A stretch of DNA of 10,868 bases from positions 1 through 10,868 of the forward strand of contig JAPNQO010000063.1 of the NCBI GenBank assembly GCA_027251445.1. The letters are read 5' to 3'. The DNA is from Fidelibacterota bacterium. Its GTDB lineage: Bacteria; Fidelibacterota; Marinisomatia; Marinisomatales; TCS55. The translations under genes and the position numbers were made by a program. Numbering within the stretch: the first letter of the stretch is position 1; every line of letters begins with the position of its first letter. A model generated the notes under the pieces. It saw only the letters and a program-made list of their open reading frames with translations. It did not search any database and had not been told where the DNA came from. Shown here piece by piece: positions 1-6,502 of this stretch.

Positions 1-1211
1 TGATTGATATTGAAAAACTACAATCAAAATCAGGAATTATTGGTAATTCAGATTCGATACGAGAAGTTCTAGATTTAATTGCTCAGGTTGCCCCTGTTGA
101 TATTACTGTTTTAGTATCAGGTGAATCAGGTACAGGGAAAGAAATGATAGCGAAAGCTATACATAAATTTAGTAAGCGAGCACAAGATGATATGATTACA
201 GTTAATTGTGGGGCTATCCCTGCAGGAATTATTGAAAGTGAGTTATTTGGTCATAAGAAAGGCTCTTTTACTGGTGCAAATGAAGATCGAAAAGGATATT
301 TTGAAAGCGCTCATAAAGGAACAATATTCCTTGATGAGATTGGAGAAACTCCATTAGAGACTCAAGTTAAGCTTCTCCGAGTATTGGAATCAGGAGAATT
401 TATGCGTGTAGGAGATTCAAAGACTTTGTATACTGATGTAAGAGTCATAGCTGCAACAAATAAAGATCTAAAGGAGCTTGTAAAGAAAGATCAATTTCGT
501 CAAGACCTTTATTTTCGTTTAAAAACAGTTCAAGTAAATTTGCCGCCTTTAAGAAATAGAATAGAAGATATTTCTCAACTTGTAGAAAGATTTGCCTTAG
601 AATTTACTCGCGAAAATGATATTCGATACCGTGGATTTATTCCTGAAGCAATTCGATTTATGAAGAATCATAATTGGCCTGGCAATGTAAGAGAACTTAA
701 AAATTTTGTTGAAAGTATATTGGTTTTACAGAAAGGAGAAAGAATTGATTTGAAAATGGTAGAAGATAAGTTAGGAGTTCCTCAAAGTATACAAAATGAT
801 AATTTACCTATCGTTATAAATCAATCAGCAGAACAAGCTGAAAGAGAACTTATATTAAGACAATTATTATTATTACGACAGGATGTAGGTCATATCAAAG
901 AAGTAATGAATAATAGTAAAAATATATCTGTTCCAGTGTCCTCAGATGTTTCTTTCTTACCTAATGATGATCCTTCTAAACTTAAAGATAATATGGAGGT
1001 AAATGCAGATGGAGAGAAACTTGTGCGTGATGATGCGATAGGTGAAATGTCTCTTGAAGATCTTGAGAAAGAAGCAATTGTCCGTACATTACATTATTTT
1101 AATAATAACCGTCGAAAGGCTGCGAAATCCCTTGGGATGAGTGAAAGGACATTATATCGAAAAATACATGATTATGGTTTAGGTAAAAAAAATAAATCAT
1201 ATAAAACTTAA
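1..1211 (+). CDS. Sigma-54-dependent Fis-family transcriptional regulator (bacterial enhancer-binding protein, AAA+ plus HTH, no receiver domain seen); 5' end at or beyond the window edge
   Basis: The frame is open upstream of the ORF-track ATG at 144. From nt 3 it reads IDIEKLQSKSGIIGNSDSIREVLDLIAQVAPVDITVLVSGESGTGKE, which includes Walker A, so 144 is not the real start. The window begins 'tg att', consistent with an NTG start codon one base before nt 1. Other motifs: ESELFGHKKGSFTGA (GAFTGA loop, 261-278), Walker B FLDEIGE, FRQDLYFRL, sensor II WPGNVRELKN and a C-terminal Fis-type HTH NRRKAAKSLGMSERTLYRKI. Confidence 0.95.
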   Translation, partial: IDIEKLQSKSGIIGNSDSIREVLDLIAQVAPVDITVLVSGESGTGKEMIAKAIHKFSKRAQDDMITVNCGAIPAGIIESELFGHKKGSFTGANEDRKGYFESAHKGTIFLDEIGETPLETQVKLLRVLESGEFMRVGDSKTLYTDVRVIAATNKDLKELVKKDQFRQDLYFRLKTVQVNLPPLRNRIEDISQLVERFALEFTRENDIRYRGFIPEAIRFMKNHNWPGNVRELKNFVESILVLQKGERIDLKMVEDKLGVPQSIQNDNLPIVINQSAEQAERELILRQLLLLRQDVGHIKEVMNNSKNISVPVSSDVSFLPNDDPSKLKDNMEVNADGEKLVRDDAIGEMSLEDLEKEAIVRTLHYFNNNRRKAAKSLGMSERTLYRKIHDYGLGKKNKSYKT

Positions 1212-1215
1212 AAAA

Positions 1216-1767
1216 ATGAAAAAATTTATTATTATAATAACTTTACCTTTGATCTCAAATTGTATATTCTATTCTATGGCGGGATCTATACCGCCACACA
1301 TTAAAAGTATTTCAATCCCTATGGTTGAAAATCAAACAGTAGAATTTGGTATTTCAGAAGCAGTAACAGATAATCTTGTTAATCAATTTCTGGAAACAAA
1401 TATTCTTCGATTAGATGAAGAAAATAGTGCTGATTCCATTTTAAAAGGAAAAATAATTCGCGTCAAAGATGCTCCCTATACATATACTAAGGAAGAATCT
1501 GTAACAGAATATCGCTTCACCATTACGATTGATTTAGAATGGTTTGATGCTATAGAGGATAAGGTTATTATTAAAAAACAATATTCTGGTTTTGGTGCAT
1601 ATGGATTAAGTGGTGATATAAGTTCAGATCAGATAGATAATGATGGCGATGGTTTGATCGATAGTGAAGATGACGATGAATTTGGAGACCCTAGGGAGTA
1701 CGCGACAAAAGTTGCAGTAAAAAAAATAGCTCAAGATATTTTAAATGAAATAATGACGTCTTGGTAA
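1216..1767 (+). CDS. lptE: LPS assembly lipoprotein, LptE family (FCB/Bacteroidota type)
   Basis: Signal peptide with a lipobox-like Cys (MKKFIIIITLPLISN-C16), then YSMAGSIPPHIKSISIPMVENQT, ADSILKGKI, YRFTITIDLEWFD and a terminal KIAQDILNEIMTSW, all typical of FCB LptE-family proteins. It lies directly after the sigma54 regulator, an arrangement recalled from Bacteroidota. Confidence 0.82.
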   Translation: MKKFIIIITLPLISNCIFYSMAGSIPPHIKSISIPMVENQTVEFGISEAVTDNLVNQFLETNILRLDEENSADSILKGKIIRVKDAPYTYTKEESVTEYRFTITIDLEWFDAIEDKVIIKKQYSGFGAYGLSGDISSDQIDNDGDGLIDSEDDDEFGDPREYATKVAVKKIAQDILNEIMTSW

Positions 1768-1797
1768 TTTGATATTAGAAAGGAAAAGTAAATAATA

Positions 1798-3090
1798 ATG
1801 AAAAATAGATTTTTATCTAATATTTCAGAATTTGATGGTAAAGAAGAAACATTTGATGGCTGGGTTTATAATACTCGATCTATAGGTAAAATTTGGTTTT
1901 TAATTTTACGCGATGGTACTGGAATGACTCAATGCGTAGTATCATCAGATGAAACTACGGAAACTGTATTTAAACTAGAAAACACATTAACTCAAGAATC
2001 ATCTATTACCGTAACAGGTATTGTAAAAAAAGAACCACGTTCAATAGGCGGATATGAAATTTTGGTTAAAAATATTGTAGTTCACCAATTAGCACTTGAT
2101 TATCCAATTTCATTAAAAGAACACGGCACTTCTTTTCTAATGGATAATAGACATTTATGGATCCGTTCTAAGAGACAGCATGCTATTTTAAAAATTCGTC
2201 ACCAAGTAATTAAATCCTCTAGAGATTTTTTAGATAATAATGGATTCACTCTTGTAGATACTCCAATCTTTACTGCAAATGCTTGCGAAGGAACCTCTAA
2301 CTTATTCAATGTTGATTACTTTGATAGATCTGCTTATTTAACTCAAAGTGGCCAATTATATTCAGAAGCAAGTGCGGCAAGTTTTGGTAAGGTCTATTGT
2401 TTTGGACCAACTTTTCGTGCAGAAAAATCCAAGACAAGAAGACACTTAACAGAGTTCTGGATGGTTGAACCTGAAATGGCTTTTTTTGATTTAGATGAGA
2501 ATATGAATTTGGCTGAATTATTTGTTGAGAGTATTGTACAATCTTGTCTTCAAAATTGTAAAAATGAATTAGATACTCTTGGAAGAGATACAACGTCTTT
2601 AGAACAAGTAAAAGTGCCTTTTCCACGTATTACTTACGATGAGGCTGTAAAAATACTAAGTGATAATGGTTCTGATTTTTCTTATGGCGGTGATTTTGGT
2701 GGAACAGATGAAACAATTATATCTGAACAATATGATAGACCTGTAATGGTGCATCGATGGCCAGCAGATGTTAAGGCATTTTACATGAAGCGAGATAATG
2801 AAAATGAAAAATTAGCCCTAGGTGTTGATATGTTAGCTCCTGAAGGGTATGGCGAGATTATTGGTGGTGGTCAAAGAGAAGATAATTTGAAAATGCTTGA
2901 GAAAAGAATTGAGGAACACGGGTTAGATAAAAAAGATTTTAAATGGTATTTGGATTTAAGGAAGTATGGATCGGTACCACATTCTGGATTTGGTTTAGGT
3001 ATTGAAAGAACAGTTGCATGGATAACTGGTATAAAACATATACGTGAGACAATCCCATTCCCAAGAACAATTTCTCGATTAGAACCATGA
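1798..3090 (+). CDS. asnS: Asparagine--tRNA ligase
   Basis: N-terminal OB fold ([22 protein letters not shown]), YLTQSGQLY, class II motif 2 [36 protein letters not shown], and motif 3 [29 protein letters not shown]...IPFPR; 430 aa. Confidence 0.96.
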   Translation: MKNRFLSNISEFDGKEETFDGWVYNTRSIGKIWFLILRDGTGMTQCVVSSDETTETVFKLENTLTQESSITVTGIVKKEPRSIGGYEILVKNIVVHQLALDYPISLKEHGTSFLMDNRHLWIRSKRQHAILKIRHQVIKSSRDFLDNNGFTLVDTPIFTANACEGTSNLFNVDYFDRSAYLTQSGQLYSEASAASFGKVYCFGPTFRAEKSKTRRHLTEFWMVEPEMAFFDLDENMNLAELFVESIVQSCLQNCKNELDTLGRDTTSLEQVKVPFPRITYDEAVKILSDNGSDFSYGGDFGGTDETIISEQYDRPVMVHRWPADVKAFYMKRDNENEKLALGVDMLAPEGYGEIIGGGQREDNLKMLEKRIEEHGLDKKDFKWYLDLRKYGSVPHSGFGLGIERTVAWITGIKHIRETIPFPRTISRLEP

Positions 3091-3542
3091 CTTTTACCAA
3101 AACACGTATTTCTGTATTTGGCGGACGAGATATAAACAAAAATATGTATTATAAAACTCAAAAACTTGGAGAACTTTTGGCAAATGAGGGTTATTTAGTA
3201 TACTGTGGAGGTGGTAAAGGTGTAATGGAAGCAATAGCTAAAGGCGTACATAATAAAAAGGGAATATGTATAGGAATCTTAAAAGGTGATTCCTTATCTG
3301 AAATGAATAATTATATAAATATTCCAGTATCAACTAACATGGGTATATCAAGAAATGCTTTGTTGGCTTATAACTGTGATGTTGCAGTTGCTATTAGCGG
3401 TAAATACGGTACTTTATCGGAAATTTCTTATGCGTTTCAATTAGAAAAACCAGTTATTGGATTAAATAGTTGGAATATAACTGGTCTAAAAAATGTAAGT
3501 AAACCACATCAAATAATTGATTTTATAAAAGAAAACTTGTAA
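3087..3542 (+). CDS. TIGR00725 / LOG (SLOG superfamily) Rossmann-fold protein, putative nucleotide phosphoribohydrolase
   Basis: [46 protein letters not shown] and [12 protein letters not shown] (variant of the PGGxGTxxE motif). ATGA overlap with the asnS stop. Confidence 0.88.
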   Translation: MTFTKTRISVFGGRDINKNMYYKTQKLGELLANEGYLVYCGGGKGVMEAIAKGVHNKKGICIGILKGDSLSEMNNYINIPVSTNMGISRNALLAYNCDVAVAISGKYGTLSEISYAFQLEKPVIGLNSWNITGLKNVSKPHQIIDFIKENL

Positions 3543-3558
3543 ACATGAAACATGAATT

Positions 3559-3834
3559 ATGAATGGTTTTAAAGCTAAAGTTTATGGAAAAGTGCAAGGT
3601 GTTTTTTTTAGAGATTCCACAAAAAGAAAAGCACAAAAACTGAAATTAACTGGTTGGGTGAAAAATTTGAATAATGGAAGTGTTAGTTTGGAAGTAGTAG
3701 GAGAAGATAGTCAACTAAAATCATTTAAAAACTGGTTGCATACAGGTTCACCATTATCTGAAGTTGAACATGTTGAACTTAATTTATTAAACAATATTCA
3801 AAATCCTTATAAAGATTTCAAGATTGTATTATAA
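3559..3834 (+). CDS. acyP: Acylphosphatase
   Basis: Signature VYGKVQGVFFR (phosphate-binding loop with the catalytic Arg), GWVKNLNNGSV (catalytic Asn) and GSPLSEV; 91 aa. Confidence 0.95.
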   Translation: MNGFKAKVYGKVQGVFFRDSTKRKAQKLKLTGWVKNLNNGSVSLEVVGEDSQLKSFKNWLHTGSPLSEVEHVELNLLNNIQNPYKDFKIVL

Positions 3835-5451
3835 ATGAAAATAGCATTATGTCAAATAAATCCAACAGTTGGAGCTTTCAATGAAAATAAGGAATTAATA
3901 TTACGTAAATACATCGAAAGCCTTGAGAATGGATCAGATATAGTTGTTTTTCCAGAAATGGCAATAACGGGTTATCCAATATCTGATTTATTGTATGAAG
4001 ATGGATTTATTAACAAAAATAAAACTATTTTAGATGAAATATCTTCTAAATCTTCAAAACCAATAATTATAGGCTATATTCATGAAGAAAATGGTCATTT
4101 ATACAATTCTGCTGCAATATGTATGAATGGAAAAAAAGTCTTCAGATATGATAAAATATTATTGCCTACATATGATGTGTTTGATGAAGATAGATATTTT
4201 ACTCCAGGAGAAAAATTAGGATTATCTAAAATTGAAATAAATGATGAACAAGTAGTGCTTGGTCTACAAATTTGTGAAGATCTTTGGGATAAAGACTATG
4301 ATCGTAAAATCTCGGATGAATTATGTGATGCTGGTGCATCATTTATTATTAATATTTCTGCTTCTCCCTATCATGAGATGAAGTTTAATGAAAGAATAGA
4401 TGTAATAAAGAAAAAAGTAAATAAAATAAAGAAACCAATATATTATTGTAATCTCGTTGGAGCGCAAGATGAGCTTATATTTGATGGAGAATCAATTGCC
4501 GTGAATAGTAATGGAGAACTAGTTGGTTTAGGAGCAAAATTTATAGAAGAGGTAGTATATATTGATACTGATGTGGATTTAGTTATTCCTAATCCAAAAA
4601 AAGATAAGTATTCTGAAATGTATCATGCTCTTATTTTAGGTATTCGAGATTATTTTCATAAAACTTTTCATTCAGAAGCTATTATAGGACTTAGTGGTGG
4701 AATTGATTCTTCATTGGTAGCATGTCTGGCTGCAGATGCACTTGGGCCAGATAAAGTGCATGGTGTTTCAATGCCTTCGATAATTTCAAGTGAACACAGT
4801 AAAAATGATGCAAAAGAGCTTGCAGCTAATCTAAATATTGATTTTAAATCAATTTCAATTGAAAAAATTGTTGATCAATATGATGATATACTAAAAAATG
4901 AATTTCTTAATACAGAAAAGAATGTAGCAGAAGAGAACCTGCAGGCTCGCACAAGGGGCAATATACTTATGGCATTAAGTAATAAATATAATTGGCTTGT
5001 ATTATCAACAGGTAACAAAACAGAAATGGCCTTAGGTTATTGTACCTTATATGGTGATATGAGTGGAGGGCTTTCTGTTATATCTGATTTATCAAAGGAA
5101 GATGTTTATGCTTTATCGGTTAAAATAAATTCAATAGCTGGATATGATAGGATTCCAAAAAATTGTATTGAAAAGCTACCATCAGCAGAATTATCAGAGG
5201 GACAATTTGATCCATTTGATTACAAAATTATAAGCCCATTGGTTGATCGTATTATAGAAAATCATGAGTCTCCATTAAGTTTAATTAAGGAAGGCTTTGA
5301 TGCTAAACAAGTATATGATATTTATAATAGAATTAGAATTAATGAATATAAAAGGCGTCAAGCTGCGCCAGGTCTTCGTATAACATCTAAAGCTTTTGGA
5401 ATAGGAAGAAGGATTCCCATAGTTAACCATTATAAATATCAGGAGGAATAG
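3835..5451 (+). CDS. nadE: Glutamine-dependent NAD+ synthetase
   Basis: N-terminal nitrilase domain with an E-K-C triad (VVFPEM; YDKILLPTYDVFDEDRYF; ICEDLW). C-terminal synthetase domain with GLSGGIDS, EENLQARTRG, STGNKTEMALGYCTLYGDM, PSAEL and NEYKRRQAAPG. The ATG directly follows the acyP stop. Confidence 0.97.
   Translation: MKIALCQINPTVGAFNENKELILRKYIESLENGSDIVVFPEMAITGYPISDLLYEDGFINKNKTILDEISSKSSKPIIIGYIHEENGHLYNSAAICMNGKKVFRYDKILLPTYDVFDEDRYFTPGEKLGLSKIEINDEQVVLGLQICEDLWDKDYDRKISDELCDAGASFIINISASPYHEMKFNERIDVIKKKVNKIKKPIYYCNLVGAQDELIFDGESIAVNSNGELVGLGAKFIEEVVYIDTDVDLVIPNPKKDKYSEMYHALILGIRDYFHKTFHSEAIIGLSGGIDSSLVACLAADALGPDKVHGVSMPSIISSEHSKNDAKELAANLNIDFKSISIEKIVDQYDDILKNEFLNTEKNVAEENLQARTRGNILMALSNKYNWLVLSTGNKTEMALGYCTLYGDMSGGLSVISDLSKEDVYALSVKINSIAGYDRIPKNCIEKLPSAELSEGQFDPFDYKIISPLVDRIIENHESPLSLIKEGFDAKQVYDIYNRIRINEYKRRQAAPGLRITSKAFGIGRRIPIVNHYKYQEE
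5441..5446 (+). promoter_or_regulatory. Shine-Dalgarno site (AGGAGG) for the TTG-initiated hypothetical gene
   Basis: A perfect AGGAGG within the last codons of nadE, 5 nt upstream of the TTG at 5452. Confidence 0.7.
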
Positions 5452-5880
5452 TTGAGAATAATCGCCTATTTTTTATTTTTCTTTACACTTTTATATAGTC
5501 AATCGGAGGCGCCAGCAGATTATTGGATGAAACTTAGTCAAGGCGAGAAAGTAGCCTTTGTTAATGGAGCTTATGGTGGTGTTGCTAGAATGAAATTACA
5601 TCATGAGAGAGAAGTGCAAAAACAATATATGAAAGATCCATATTGGGTTCAGCCATATTATATAAATAGATTTTATGATATAGTAGATGAACATATATCT
5701 CAAGGCGTAACATATGATTTAAATATTATCGCAGGACATATAGATGCTTTATATGCAAATTATGATAATCGAAATATACCTTTAATGGAAGCTGTTCGTG
5801 TTGTTTCCGTAGCTCAGGATGGTGAGCCACAGAAAGCGGATTTAATATTAATAAGAGCTCAAAAAAAGTATAGTCCTTAA
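5452..5880 (+). CDS. Hypothetical secreted/periplasmic, probably alpha-helical protein
   Basis: TTG start directly after the nadE stop, with a strong SD. Sec-type signal peptide MRIIAYFLFFFTLLYS-Q. The 142 aa ORF fills the gap exactly and contains WMKLSQGEKVAFVNGAYGG and IDALYANYDNRNIPLMEAV. Confidence 0.85.
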   Translation: MRIIAYFLFFFTLLYSQSEAPADYWMKLSQGEKVAFVNGAYGGVARMKLHHEREVQKQYMKDPYWVQPYYINRFYDIVDEHISQGVTYDLNIIAGHIDALYANYDNRNIPLMEAVRVVSVAQDGEPQKADLILIRAQKKYSP

Positions 5881-6383
5881 TTGTGAATAATAATTTCTTT
5901 AGTAAAAAGTATTGAGTTTGGAATTAGAATCTTTTTATCATCAGACTCTATAGTAGTATACCTTAAATCGATCTTAATTACTTTACCTTCATGACCAACT
6001 ATACTTATTTCATCGTTTAACTTAAAAGGTCTGTGAAGTAAAATAATGGAACCAGCAATTAGATTTGAGACCACATCTTTTAGAGCAAAACCAAGTGCAA
6101 ACCCTGTTAAGCCAAGTCCTGCTACCATAGCCGAGACATTTATTCCAAAGGTTCCTAGAGATGTAATTATACCAAAAACTATAAGTCCAATTTTTACAAT
6201 ACGACTAATCAGGAATAAAAGTTCTTTGTCTAAATTGCGTTTGTTAGCTAAACGAATAATCAGAAATTGAGAAAAAACAGCACTTACCCAAAAAAGTATG
6301 AATATTGTTAAACTAAATATTAAAGTAGGCAGTAAACCTAAAATATTTTGGTATATGCTATTTAATATTAGCTCTATGTCCAT
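5877..6383 (-). CDS. mscS: Small-conductance mechanosensitive channel (MscS family), short form without the C-terminal alpha/beta domain
   Basis: TM helices plus the pore helix SAMVAGLGLTGFALGFALKDVVSNLIAG and the beta-domain RPFKLNDEISIVGHEGKVIKIDLRYTTI...ILIPNS. Start is ATG at 6383 (alternative TTG at 6386). The stop overlaps the stop of the convergent gene (TTAA, 5877-5880). Confidence 0.9.
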   Translation of the reverse strand: MDIELILNSIYQNILGLLPTLIFSLTIFILFWVSAVFSQFLIIRLANKRNLDKELLFLISRIVKIGLIVFGIITSLGTFGINVSAMVAGLGLTGFALGFALKDVVSNLIAGSIILLHRPFKLNDEISIVGHEGKVIKIDLRYTTIESDDKKILIPNSILFTKEIIIHN

Positions 6384-6386
6384 CAA

Positions 6387-6502
6387 TCAACTTACGTTTA
6401 AAGGGAACTTTAACCCAAAATAAATTGGATTTTGTTAGCATATAATAAATTATTAATGAGTTTCAATAGTCTATGCATAATTAGCAACTTAATTTCTTCT
6501 AT
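6387..6502. promoter_or_regulatory. Divergent promoter region between mscS and lepA; candidate -10 box TATAAT at 6441-6446 (+) for lepA
   Basis: The only sizeable intergenic gap, lying between divergent genes. It holds a perfect TATAAT on the + strand but no convincing -35 at 16-18 bp spacing. The AT-rich background lowers specificity. Confidence 0.5.

Noticed and set aside
144..146. ORF-track start (ATG 144) for the sigma54 regulator
   Set aside because: It lies just after the Walker A motif GESGTGKE, and the frame is open back to the window start, so this Met is internal.
2306..2626. 106 aa minus-strand ORF
   Set aside because: Fully antisense to the conserved asnS, with no recognisable motifs; a shadow ORF.
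1798..3090. Alternative call as a non-discriminating archaeal-type AspRS
   Set aside because: [26 protein letters not shown] and WYLDLRKYG fit AsnRS rather than the AspRS patterns (LAQSPQLYKQ, EIxSGAQR).
2871..3161. Minus-strand ORFs of 96 aa (2871-3161) and 66 aa (2939-3139)
   Set aside because: Antisense to asnS motif 3 and the LOG gene start, with no protein-like features.
3602..3609. T8 homopolymer in acyP, plus other A/T runs, as possible phase-variation or frameshift sites
   Set aside because: The run encodes the conserved V-F-F of the signature in an intact frame, and such runs are expected at this AT content.
3087..5451. SLOG protein beside an NAD-related enzyme as a Thoeris-like or NAD-reconstitution anti-phage system
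   Set aside because: There is no TIR, SIR2, nuclease or mobile-element context. The SLOG protein is the stand-alone TIGR00725 type and sits among housekeeping genes.
6046..6270. 74 aa plus-strand ORF
   Set aside because: Antisense to the mscS transmembrane and pore region; a shadow ORF.
6425..6440. Possible sigma54 -24/-12 promoter TTGGATTTTGTTAGCA upstream of lepA
   Set aside because: GG (6427-6428) and GC (6438-6439) are 9 nt apart rather than the required 10, and the TGGCAC core is not matched.
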